From Candidatus Hydrogenedentota bacterium (GTDB taxonomy: Bacteria; Hydrogenedentota; Hydrogenedentia; Hydrogenedentales; SLHB01): a stretch of 64,000 nt of DNA. The DNA is taken from assembly GCA_963674865.2 (NCBI GenBank), contig CAXXYE010000010.1:41076-105075 (forward strand), read 5' to 3'. Below, one piece after another: positions 38,986-47,512 of the stretch (its first letter is position 1; each line of letters starts with the position of its first letter). The position numbers were made by a program, and so were the translations under genes. The notes under the pieces were generated by a model. It had not been told where the DNA came from and searched no databases. It was given only the letters and a program-made list of their open reading frames with translations.

Positions 38986-40365
38986 TTATTCCGGCACCAC
39001 AAAGGGGTCTTTGGCCTCGCGCAGGAGGGAGCGAAGCCGCGCTGTCAGATCGCTGCGGAGCGCCGCCGTCCCCGGTTCATTGACTAAGTTGACGAGTTGG
39101 GCGGAATCACGCTCGTTGTCGAAAAGGCACCAAGGCCGATCAGGATATACGGCGTACGTGTAACGCATGGTTCGGAGGCCGCGGAAGATGGGCGCGGGGT
39201 GGCTCTGGCCGCCCGACGCGTGGTCCTTGGCAATATGCATGATGAGCTGTGCCTCCGGGTCCGGCCCGTGCGCGCCGCGGAGCCAGGGGGAGAAATCCTG
39301 TCCTACACACGAGGCCGGCGCGGCTACGCCCGCGGCGCCGCACAGCGTGGGCATCATGTCGGCGGCACCGAGAAGCGCGTCCACCTTCCGGCCGCGGGGG
39401 ATCTGTCCGGGCCAGCGGAAAATACACGGCACGCGGATGGACTCCTCGTAAGGCTGGCGCTTGCTTCCCACGCCGTGCGACCCCAGCATGGTGCCGTGGT
39501 CGGAGGTGTAAATGAGTATGGTATCTTCCGTCAGGGCCAATTCATCCAACGCCGCCATAAGTCGAGCCAATTCGTCATCGATGGCGCTGACGTGCGCGTG
39601 GTAACCTTGGTAATATGGCCAGCTGTTCTGGTTCCAGATCTGGTTGTCAGGGGCTTGCCCCTGCGCTGCCCGTAGGTCCACGTTCTTGCGCCACGACAGC
39701 GACCCTTCGGGATACAGCCGCTTCTTCTCTTCCGGCGGATCGAGGAAACTGGCGTGCGGCGGGTTCCACGACAGCATCAGAAAGAACGGCTGTGTGCGGC
39801 GTTCCCCGATGAATTCGAGGGCTTGGTCCGTCATGAGGGAGGCGTTGTAGCCCTTCGGCGTAACCAGAGCGCCTTCCCTGGGATGGTAGCTTGAACGATC
39901 CCAGTGCTTTCCCGTGGCCGTCCAGATAAGCGATCGATCGAAGCCGAAGGACTCGGCCCGTGTGCCTCCGAGATGCCACTTTCCGACGTAGGCTGTGTCG
40001 TATCCGGCGGCCTTGAAGGCTGTTCCGAGCATGCCGGCGTCGGCCGCCAGAGGTATGTTGTTGTCAATTACGCCCTGCTGATAAGGCCAACGGCCACTCA
40101 TCAAAATCGCTCGGTATGGCGAGCAGACCGGATAGTTGCTGATGCAGTGCGTGAACTCGACACCCTCGGAGGCAAGCTGCGCCATGGCGGGAGTATGGAC
40201 TTCCGGCATTTCGGAGCTGGCCATGGACTGCCAGCGGTGTTCGTCGCTGAAAGCAAAGACCACGTTGGGCGGCCGGGCCCGGGCACCGCGAAGAGTGGCG
40301 CACGAGGCGGCTACCGCCGCAACGGCGCCGCATCCGACTGCGCCCATAAACCGGCGGCGGGGCAA
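38986..40365 (-). CDS. formylglycine-dependent sulfatase with a probable Tat signal
   Basis: The CSPYR (C-x-P-x-R) motif is preceded by VVFAFSDEHR. The proposed TTG start at 40365 gives MPRRRFMGAVG ... The track ORF start at 40581 overlaps the upstream gene. Confidence 0.8.
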   Translation of the reverse strand: MPRRRFMGAVGCGAVAAVAASCATLRGARARPPNVVFAFSDEHRWQSMASSEMPEVHTPAMAQLASEGVEFTHCISNYPVCSPYRAILMSGRWPYQQGVIDNNIPLAADAGMLGTAFKAAGYDTAYVGKWHLGGTRAESFGFDRSLIWTATGKHWDRSSYHPREGALVTPKGYNASLMTDQALEFIGERRTQPFFLMLSWNPPHASFLDPPEEKKRLYPEGSLSWRKNVDLRAAQGQAPDNQIWNQNSWPYYQGYHAHVSAIDDELARLMAALDELALTEDTILIYTSDHGTMLGSHGVGSKRQPYEESIRVPCIFRWPGQIPRGRKVDALLGAADMMPTLCGAAGVAAPASCVGQDFSPWLRGAHGPDPEAQLIMHIAKDHASGGQSHPAPIFRGLRTMRYTYAVYPDRPWCLFDNERDSAQLVNLVNEPGTAALRSDLTARLRSLLREAKDPFVVPE

Positions 40366-40381
40366 CGTCTGTGACGGCGGT

Positions 40382-41290
40382 CTAGCCGCCGTTCTCTGGG
40401 CTTTCTTCCGCGTCTTCAGGTGCTTCCTCCTGCGGCTCCGCTTCCGTCTGACCTTCCGCTTGCTCCTGCACAGCCGGCGCTGCGGCCTCTTCCTGGCCAA
40501 AGGGCGGCGCCTGCGTGGCCGCCTCGAGGATGTCCTGCCCGGGAATGATGATGGCCATGGCACTGTCATCGAGCCCACCAAACATGCCGGATATTCCGCC
40601 GGCCTGGGCCTTAATCATCCGCAGGACGTTGACGCCAACGAACTGTCCGTCAAGCGTGAACACGGGCGTGCCTAAGGATGTGTCCATGAGGCCGCCGCCG
40701 GTGACGTAGAAGGTGCGAGGCTTATCGACAACGGCCTTGACGCGCACAAGTTCCGCGGCGTAGGCCCTGCGGGCGACTTTGCCCAAGCGATTCAACAGCA
40801 CCAAAGGCTCGAGAATTTCCGGCGCGGCATCCTGGCTCATATCGATATGTGGCATGGGCTCCGCCGGCTCTTCCGCCGGCCGCACGAAGGCCAAGTCCAG
40901 GTCCTTGTCGCGCAAGATGACCTTGGCCGGAATGTCCACCCCGTCCTCAGGCACGATCTTGACATCCGTCACCTCACTACTCATATCAAAGGAGTCGGCC
41001 ATGGCGCCCATCATGCTCCTAATCATGTTGGTGGGGTCGGTTTCCGTAAGCGATACCACCGTCAGGCCGGTAGCGTCCAGCACGGTGCCTGTAACCTCCT
41101 GGGGCGTCTCCTCATCCCCTCTTCCTCCGAAGCTCATCTTTGTCACCAGCTTGACGGTTACCACGGCGCTCCGATGCGCTTCAAGAATGCCCCGGCCCTG
41201 AACCGCGACCTCATCGGCCGAGGCCCCCCACGAGAACCAGCCCACCATAAGCGCAAGCAAGAGGATGTTAACCAGGCGTTTCGTTGACAT
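40382..41290 (-). CDS. secreted trypsin-fold (HtrA-like) pseudo-protease with an acidic tail
   Basis: A signal peptide is present. By manual alignment to HtrA, the His position is Thr (VVSLTET), Asp is retained (DLDLAFV) and the GNSGGP serine position is Leu (DTSLGTPV). The C-terminus is Glu/Ala/Pro-rich. Confidence 0.55.
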   Translation of the reverse strand: MSTKRLVNILLLALMVGWFSWGASADEVAVQGRGILEAHRSAVVTVKLVTKMSFGGRGDEETPQEVTGTVLDATGLTVVSLTETDPTNMIRSMMGAMADSFDMSSEVTDVKIVPEDGVDIPAKVILRDKDLDLAFVRPAEEPAEPMPHIDMSQDAAPEILEPLVLLNRLGKVARRAYAAELVRVKAVVDKPRTFYVTGGGLMDTSLGTPVFTLDGQFVGVNVLRMIKAQAGGISGMFGGLDDSAMAIIIPGQDILEAATQAPPFGQEEAAAPAVQEQAEGQTEAEPQEEAPEDAEESPENGG

Positions 41291-41293
41291 GAG

Positions 41294-43363
41294 CTATTCA
41301 CTCCCGTTTGACGGGGTTTCCCCCCATTTTGGCTCCAGTTCCAGAAACCTAGTGTGTATCCCGCGCAAGACTCTCAGGATGATCACTTCGGATTGCGCCT
41401 CCGCGATATCCTTCATCAAAGACTTCAAGGCCTTTACATCTTCAACGGGCGTTCCATTCACCTCAAGGATCAGGTCGCCCGGATTCAAGAATCCAAGAGC
41501 CGCCCACCCTCCGGGCTCAATCCGTTCGACGAGGACTCCACGCTGCTGTTCCGACCATTTCTCCTTGGCCTTGTCGAAGAAGGCGACATTGCGTGCCGTG
41601 AACTCACAGTTGTTGTCGCGGTACTTGGCCATCTCCCGACTCAGCTTCGGAGCACGGGCCAGTTCGACATTGATTTCAGACTCCTGATCTCCCCGCAGCA
41701 CCGTCAACGACACCATGCTGCCAACTCTGTATTGGCGGATGACCGCCTCCAGTTCCTCATAGTCCTCCGGAGCGGACGCCTCCAAGGGCTCGCCGTCAAC
41801 GGCGAGTATGTAATCCCCCACGCGCAGTCCCGCCGCCTCGGCGGCGCTTCCCGAAAAGACCTGAGTCACACGGAAGCCGGACAGCTCCGGACGCCCCAAT
41901 TGCTCCGCGATATCCCGCGTCAGAACCTGAGACTGGACAGGCAACCAGGCCTTCTTCACCTCAAGCCCGGGATCTTCGAGTTCCTTGATTCCCACTTTAA
42001 CCACGGTGACGTACTGCTCCGTCTTGCGCTCGAATCCAACAAGTACGGGGACAGGATCGGTTTGTCCTGTGACAACTTCGGCCGTCACGCGGCGCAACGC
42101 CTCGGCGTTCTTCACGGATTCACCGTTGACGCTGACAAGGACGTCGTCGTCGAGGATGCGAGGCTTTGCGTCGTCGGCCGGTCCTCCCGGGCGGATTGAG
42201 GTAATCAGCACGCCGTCCTCGTTGTCCCGCTTCATCTGCCTGGCGAGGACAAAGGAAAGGTTCCGTGCCGTGACGCCCCATTCCCTGAATTCGTGCTGCC
42301 TTGGCAGGACACGCTCCCGGGCCGTGGGCTTCACGGTGAGGGTGGTCTCTTGTTCATCCCGAAGAACGACCGCCTTGATTTCGGTGTTGAGGGGGAGTTT
42401 GGAGGTCATCTGGTTGAGGGCCGGAAGTTGCTCCAGAAACCGGACGTCTACTTCCGCTTCGTCCAGACGCACAAGAATATCGCCAGGCTTGAATCCGGCG
42501 TCCGCGGCCGGGGAGTCCTCCAGCGTACCGCTAACCAGCACGCCGCGGTCGGTCGCGCCATGCTTGAGGCGGGGCTGCACTTCGAGGCCAAGCCAACTTC
42601 GGCTTACTTCACCGGTGGCGATTAGCTCGTCGGCCACTGCCTTGGCTAGGTTTCCCGGGATGGCGCCGCCCAAACCGATGCTAATCTCATTGATTCCGAT
42701 GATCTCGCCGTCGAGATTCACAAGCGGCCCGCCGGAGTTTCCGGGATATATGGCGGCGTCATGGCCGATCCAGCGAACAAGCGCTCCCACCCGCTCGCCT
42801 TCCTGGGTGATGCCGCCCCACTGGCTCATCCATTGAGGAAGCACCAGCTCAGTATTGCTGACTATTCCGAGGGTGACGGATTGCGAAAGAGACATGGGGC
42901 TGCCCATGGCAAGAACCTGTTGACCAACTTCCACGCTGGACGAATCCCCAAAACCCGCCGTGGGGAAAGCACGACCCTCTTCCCCGTGCAACTTGATGAC
43001 CGCCACATCGGTGAGTGGATCTCGCCCGATGAGTTCCGCCTCCACCTCTTCCTTTGTAGACAGAGTGCAAAGCAAGCGTGTCGCACGACCCGCGACATGG
43101 TGATTTGTGATGACGTGCCCTTCGGGCGTCACGATCACGCCGCTCCCCGAACTCTCGCGCTTCAGTTCGCGCCCTTCACTGTAGCGCGTCGAGACCACCT
43201 CGATCCGTACCAGCGCCGGCTTCACCTTGTCGACGGCTCGGTCAACGGAGGTCCGAAGGGGCGCGGGAACTTCTTCAGAGGGGGCCGCGTGCGCATGCCA
43301 CATCGCGACGACTGTAAAGGCAACCATGCAAGCCAACAGTATACGAACACGACAGAATGCCAT
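41294..43363 (-). CDS. HtrA/DegP-family serine protease with four PDZ domains
   Basis: A signal peptide is followed by VITNHHVAG, DVAVIKL and GNSGGPLVN. Four PDZ-like repeats follow, each with a G-D/GD-I/V-L pattern. Confidence 0.85.
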   Translation of the reverse strand: MAFCRVRILLACMVAFTVVAMWHAHAAPSEEVPAPLRTSVDRAVDKVKPALVRIEVVSTRYSEGRELKRESSGSGVIVTPEGHVITNHHVAGRATRLLCTLSTKEEVEAELIGRDPLTDVAVIKLHGEEGRAFPTAGFGDSSSVEVGQQVLAMGSPMSLSQSVTLGIVSNTELVLPQWMSQWGGITQEGERVGALVRWIGHDAAIYPGNSGGPLVNLDGEIIGINEISIGLGGAIPGNLAKAVADELIATGEVSRSWLGLEVQPRLKHGATDRGVLVSGTLEDSPAADAGFKPGDILVRLDEAEVDVRFLEQLPALNQMTSKLPLNTEIKAVVLRDEQETTLTVKPTARERVLPRQHEFREWGVTARNLSFVLARQMKRDNEDGVLITSIRPGGPADDAKPRILDDDVLVSVNGESVKNAEALRRVTAEVVTGQTDPVPVLVGFERKTEQYVTVVKVGIKELEDPGLEVKKAWLPVQSQVLTRDIAEQLGRPELSGFRVTQVFSGSAAEAAGLRVGDYILAVDGEPLEASAPEDYEELEAVIRQYRVGSMVSLTVLRGDQESEINVELARAPKLSREMAKYRDNNCEFTARNVAFFDKAKEKWSEQQRGVLVERIEPGGWAALGFLNPGDLILEVNGTPVEDVKALKSLMKDIAEAQSEVIILRVLRGIHTRFLELEPKWGETPSNGSE

Positions 43364-43472
43364 ATTGTCCCCTTTCTTCGGCTGACTCGAGGCAGGAACG
43401 CTACAAGACCACGTGAGCTGTATCGGTCGCCGCTACGCCCCACACAACCGACCTTCGCCCTGCGCCGCGCCG

Positions 43473-43665
43473 CCTAGCCCGCCTTTCTCACAGCCGCACA
43501 ACGAGACTGCACGTATGTCATGCGGAACGGGCGTATCGCCTCATAAGCCTGCCACTGGCGAGTAGGCAGAGCGTCCTGCGGTTTCTTCGACCCTTGTCAT
43601 CACCAAGCCCGTTTCAATTGAACAATAGGTGAGAAAAGCAAGCCGAAGACAACAACGTGTGAGAC
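43473..43665 (-). ncRNA. conserved structured element, copy A (leader of the HtrA operon); family unknown
   Basis: It is roughly 65-70 percent identical by eye to 57061..57252 on the opposite strand. The two share helices: 43484-43491/43629-43636, 43494-43498/43521-43525 and 43526-43532/43607-43613. It lies directly downstream of the minus-strand promoter at 43687..43715. Strand was assigned from that promoter. Confidence 0.5.
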
Positions 43666-43686
43666 ATCCCGCCTTAGCGTTCTCCG

Positions 43687-43715
43687 ATTATGGCCACAGT
43701 CTAGGTTTGTGTCAA
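43687..43715 (-). promoter_or_regulatory. sigma70-like promoter, TTGACA-17-CATAAT
   Basis: On the minus strand the -35 hexamer is at 43715..43710 and the -10 hexamer at 43692..43687. The predicted start is about 15 nt before element copy A and about 320 nt before the HtrA ATG. Confidence 0.55.
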
Positions 43716-43801
43716 GCAGCGGGCTCCCTTATCGGCTTAACAGAGAACCGAAAGGACATATTCCGAATAGTGCGTATTATGGTCAAAACCGGCATAATGC
43801 C

Positions 43802-43830
43802 TTGACTAACTACGCCTCTTCTGCTACACT
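43802..43830 (+). promoter_or_regulatory. sigma70-like promoter, TTGACT-17-TACACT
   Basis: It is divergent from the HtrA promoter and drives the non-coding unit that ends at the terminator at 44078. Confidence 0.55.
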
Positions 43831-43836
43831 TTCGCG

Positions 43837-44078
43837 AGGACCATCAGCGACCATTTGAATAAGGTTTTCCCTGCTGTGTTCGACACGGGCGGAAACATTG
43901 TACCTTAGTGTTTGAACTGGGAGCCCAATATTCGCTGTGGCCAACGGCACGCCGCTCCGAGCGGACGTCGGAAGGCTACCATGAGGGCACCCCCTTGGTG
44001 TTAAGGTTCAAACAGTTTCCACCCAACGGCATGATGCGGGGAGCTTACATAGCGGGATGCCTTGTCCCGCTTTTTTTT
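43837..44078 (+). ncRNA. candidate small RNA with a 6S-RNA-like rod structure
   Basis: This is a promoter-to-terminator unit without a credible ORF. The nested helices are 43869-74/44036-41, 43887-96/44015-24, 43909-17/44006-14, 43919-26/43985-92, 43937-42/43974-79 and 43949-56/43960-68. Internal loops lie in between, and the core is about 173 nt. Confidence 0.45.
44051..44078 (+). terminator. rho-independent terminator
   Basis: The stem is GCGGGA/TCCCGC with a 7-nt loop, followed by T8. Confidence 0.7.
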
Positions 44079-44359
44079 GCCCTGACGTGCCCGTTTGTCG
44101 GCGAAATCCCGCAATAACGACAAACGGCAGACCCCTTGCAACATCGACGCTGAGTGGCCTTTTAGTCAAGTATATATTTGGACAAAACCCGCAGAATCGT
44201 CGTTGCGATGTTTCTGCGGGACTTCGTTTCATCAAGCGAATGACTTGCGTCACGGCGTACGGAAGTACCTGTCAGAGGGGGGCTGGACAGGTCTGGGGGG
44301 ATGGGGGAGACAGTACCCTCTCAAGAAACGAAACTGCGAGAAGGTGCGTAGATTAAGTG

Positions 44360-44388
44360 TTGACACTATGTTGTATTTTTGGTACTCT
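44360..44388 (+). promoter_or_regulatory. sigma70-like promoter, TTGACA-17-TACTCT, for pilMNOPQ
   Basis: It lies about 125 nt upstream of the pilM start. Confidence 0.55.
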
Positions 44389-44512
44389 TGGTGCAGCAGA
44401 ATCAGGCCGTAAACGGTTCAGCACAGCGGAAGGGCGAGGGCACAGACGCACAAAGTGGGGGCGCTGGGGAGTCGAGCAGCGCTGACCGATCAATGAAGGA
44501 GCTTAGAAATCC

Positions 44513-45733
44513 TTGCTGTTCGCGAAGCCTAGCAAATCAATCGGTGTCGACATCGGTGCGCATTCCGTTAAAGCTATCCAGATGTCAAAAGTCGGGGGGC
44601 GACTCCGCATTGACCAAGTAGGTTATGGCACCATCGACCGTAACCAGGTCAATATCGATCCCGTAATAGCCCACGCGGAGGCCCTTCGGGAAGCCTTGCG
44701 CGCGATGCCAGTGGCTCAAGGCTTGCTGGTCGGTTCGCTTCCCGGGCAGACGGCGGTTATTCGCTACCCTCGCCTACCGAACATCCCTTATGACCAGATC
44801 GAACAATCCATCGAGAGTGAAGCCGCGCAGAGCATTCCGTACGACTTGGCCGAGGTCTTTCTCGACTGGGCGCTTCTCGATACGGTTACCGAGGGCAACG
44901 AGTCGCAGTATAAGGTCTTGCTGGTTGCGGCACGGCACGAGGTAATCGAGTCGCGCGCGCAGATCGCTGCGGCCGGCGAGGTCCAATTCGCCATACTGGA
45001 TGTTGACACGCTCGCTCTTGCGGACGCCGCCGAGAGCTGCGATTTCCTTCGTGTCGGCGAGACGGTGGCGCTCGTAGACCTCGGACTATCGTCGACGAAC
45101 ATCCATTTCGTCAAGGACGGCGTGTCGAATTTCGTGCGCGACGTCAGTTGGGGCACCCGGGAAATGATTCAGGCCATTGCTAAAGGCCTGCGGTGCGATT
45201 ACGACGAGGCCGAGAAGACCCTGCGGGACGCCGCAATGGGCGTCAGTGGGGAACCGAGTGTTCCCGAGCCGGCAACGGCGGCGGCCCAGGAGGCAAGCGA
45301 AGAAACAGCCCCAGGCGGCGGTGCTTCCCTGCTCGATCCGTTGGAAGAAGAGCTGGCAGGCGGAGACCAGCCCCCGATAGGTGGAGGGCCTGCGGCCGGC
45401 CCGGCGGCCGGCGGTGAGAAGTCCATACCGGAGATGCTATCGCTGCCGCTTTCTCGTTTGGTGGCGGAAACGCGCCGCTCGTTCGACTACTACGAGCAAC
45501 AGCTTTACGAACGCCCCGTTGAGCGCATTATCCTCAGCGGTGGCATCGCGCCGCTGCCCCTCCTCCGTGAGGCGTTGGCGCAGGAACTCGGGATCGAGAA
45601 TGTGGAAGTCGCCGACCCAACCGACAGTGCATTGCTGCTCGGAAACGATAGAAGCCTCGACCTTCTGAGGGATTGCCCCGCCCAGTACATGGTCGCGGTT
45701 GGCTTGGCCGCACGGGGGACGCTAGAAATATGA
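44513..45733 (+). CDS. pilM: type IV pilus assembly ATPase-fold protein PilM
   Basis: The N-terminus is SIGVDIGAHSVKAIQM and the fold is actin-like. The start is TTG with AAGGAG 11 nt upstream. A Pro/Ala/Gly/Glu-rich insertion of about 60 aa is present. Confidence 0.85.
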   Translation: MLFAKPSKSIGVDIGAHSVKAIQMSKVGGRLRIDQVGYGTIDRNQVNIDPVIAHAEALREALRAMPVAQGLLVGSLPGQTAVIRYPRLPNIPYDQIEQSIESEAAQSIPYDLAEVFLDWALLDTVTEGNESQYKVLLVAARHEVIESRAQIAAAGEVQFAILDVDTLALADAAESCDFLRVGETVALVDLGLSSTNIHFVKDGVSNFVRDVSWGTREMIQAIAKGLRCDYDEAEKTLRDAAMGVSGEPSVPEPATAAAQEASEETAPGGGASLLDPLEEELAGGDQPPIGGGPAAGPAAGGEKSIPEMLSLPLSRLVAETRRSFDYYEQQLYERPVERIILSGGIAPLPLLREALAQELGIENVEVADPTDSALLLGNDRSLDLLRDCPAQYMVAVGLAARGTLEI

Positions 45734-46380
45734 TAAACGTAAATCTCCTGCCGCACCATCTTCGGCCCATCAAGCGTACGCCGTTGCCCTACATCGTGTG
45801 CTTCATCGCCGTTATCGTCGCCTTCGCCGTCATGGCCACCGTTTTTCTTGAGAAGCAAGGCGAAGTCCATGCGGCACAGAAGACATTGAATGAGCATAGG
45901 GACCTACTTGCGGCGCTTAAGCCAATTGTCGACGAACACAACCAACTCGTCCAGCAGAAGCAGGAGTTGGCCAAGAAGATCGAAACCATCAACGAAATCG
46001 TGAGCGACCGCATTATCTGGTCGCGCCAACTCTGGAACCTTACCCGCCTTCTCCCCGCCAATTTCTGGTACAGCGGCGTTAGTGTTGAGATGCGCCGCTT
46101 CCAAGAGACCATCACGCAGTACAATCCTGATACCAAACAGGACGAGACAAAACAGATCACGGTGATGCGGCCCGTACTTATCGTGGGGGGCCACATCATA
46201 CCGGGCGAAAGCGGTAGTGCCGATTTGAGTCCTTTCCTGCTGACCGCGGAAAGGGACGACGAGTTTTCCTCGCTGTTCGAACTCGAAACGTCCTCCTTCG
46301 AAGACGCGGAATTCGAGGAATATCCCGTGCGGACATTCGAGTTAGAGTACCTTGTCTCACCGAAAAGGAACAGCAAATGA
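45730..46380 (+). CDS. pilN: PilN-like pilus assembly protein
   Basis: INVNLLP is followed by one TM segment and a coiled coil. The start overlaps pilM as ATGA. Confidence 0.75.
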   Translation: MINVNLLPHHLRPIKRTPLPYIVCFIAVIVAFAVMATVFLEKQGEVHAAQKTLNEHRDLLAALKPIVDEHNQLVQQKQELAKKIETINEIVSDRIIWSRQLWNLTRLLPANFWYSGVSVEMRRFQETITQYNPDTKQDETKQITVMRPVLIVGGHIIPGESGSADLSPFLLTAERDDEFSSLFELETSSFEDAEFEEYPVRTFELEYLVSPKRNSK

Positions 46381-46949
46381 TCGATTTCCTTAAGGGGACC
46401 GTCACTCCAAAGGACTGGATGGCTGTGGCCGGCATCGCCGGTATCCTGCTCGTCATTTGCGCCCTCTTTGTGTTCGGCGTGCACAACAAGCAGGTCGAGG
46501 CGTTGAACGGATTTCTAGCCGAAGACAAAGTCGTCCAGAAGGATTTGAGCCAGGCCCAGGCGATTGAGGCCAATATTGAAGCCCTTCGCGCGGAGACGGC
46601 CAAGATCGAGAATCTTGTCTCCGACTTCGAGGAACGACTGCCCAACACCCGTGAGATTCCCACTCTGGTCAAGCAATTCGAAGCTTTGGCGGACGACATC
46701 GATGTGAAGGTGCAGCTTGCGACCCTCTCCCGCACGCGGGACGGCAATAAGGAGACCATTCCCTATAGCGTCGTAGCCGAAGGCGATTTCCACCAGATCG
46801 TGCGGTTCATCAACCGCCTGGAGCGGTTCGAACGGTATCTCAAGATATCCGATCTCGAAATTGGGGAAGAGAAGCAGGGGGTATGCAAAGCGGAATTCAC
46901 GCTGAGCACCTACCGCTTCCTCGAAACTAAGACGGGTAATACGCCGTGA
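46377..46949 (+). CDS. pilO: PilO-like pilus assembly protein
   Basis: It has a single TM segment, a coiled coil and a ferredoxin-like C-terminus (FHQIVRFINRLE). The start overlaps the upstream gene as ATGA. Confidence 0.75.
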   Translation: MIDFLKGTVTPKDWMAVAGIAGILLVICALFVFGVHNKQVEALNGFLAEDKVVQKDLSQAQAIEANIEALRAETAKIENLVSDFEERLPNTREIPTLVKQFEALADDIDVKVQLATLSRTRDGNKETIPYSVVAEGDFHQIVRFINRLERFERYLKISDLEIGEEKQGVCKAEFTLSTYRFLETKTGNTP

Positions 46950-47509
46950 CTCCTCAACAACAGAAAATCGCCCTCTTTGTCCTCCTCCTTCTGGCCCTTG
47001 GTGTGGCCTTATGGTGGGGGTTCTTCCGCGGCGGCGCCACAGGTGGCCAAGATGGAGCCCCCGCGCCCGCCACTGGAGAGGCCGCGGTGGCTACCGGCAC
47101 GGCGCTCGCGTCTGCCCAATCGCAGCTACTACAAAATATCGAGATCGACGCCCTCTTGGAGGATATCCAGGAGGTCACCTTTGACTACGAGGAATTTGCC
47201 AAGGATGCGCGGAATCCCATGACTCCGCTTGTGGGCGAGCGGCAATACCAGATGCGTAGCGCCAGCAGCGAAGGCCCCGCGTCGGGAGAGGCGCTGCCCC
47301 CCGAACTCCAGTACGCAGTCGAGCGGACGAATCTTACAGGCATTATCTGGGATAAGGACGCCCCTCTGGCCGTCGTCGATAACGAAGTGGTTGGCCTGGG
47401 CGATGAACTCCCCAATATGGAGGGCATCGTGGTCGATACCATCAACGTCGATCATATTGTCGTCAGGATTGGAGACGCCCTGTACCCGGTCGAACTGAAG
47501 GAGCATTAG
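46946..47509 (+). CDS. PilP-like/secretin-associated protein
   Basis: An N-terminal TM segment is followed by a beta-rich C-terminus (LTGIIWDKDAPLAVVDNEVVGLGD). The position between pilO and pilQ and the GTGA overlap support the call. Confidence 0.5.
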   Translation: MTPQQQKIALFVLLLLALGVALWWGFFRGGATGGQDGAPAPATGEAAVATGTALASAQSQLLQNIEIDALLEDIQEVTFDYEEFAKDARNPMTPLVGERQYQMRSASSEGPASGEALPPELQYAVERTNLTGIIWDKDAPLAVVDNEVVGLGDELPNMEGIVVDTINVDHIVVRIGDALYPVELKEH

Positions 47510-47512
47510 ACA

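Noticed and set aside
43949-43985. The CGGAAGG segment resembles the SRP (4.5S) RNA domain IV loop, suggesting the sRNA might be ffs.
   Set aside because: The flanking bases do not form the SRP helix 8 pattern. The same bases sit in a much better alternative set of helices (ACGCCGCT/AGCGGACGT and GTGGCC/GGCTAC).
43908-44117. A 69-aa ORF inside the promoter-to-terminator unit.
   Set aside because: It has no RBS and runs straight through the intrinsic terminator hairpin. The region folds into a long rod, so it is better explained as a non-coding RNA.
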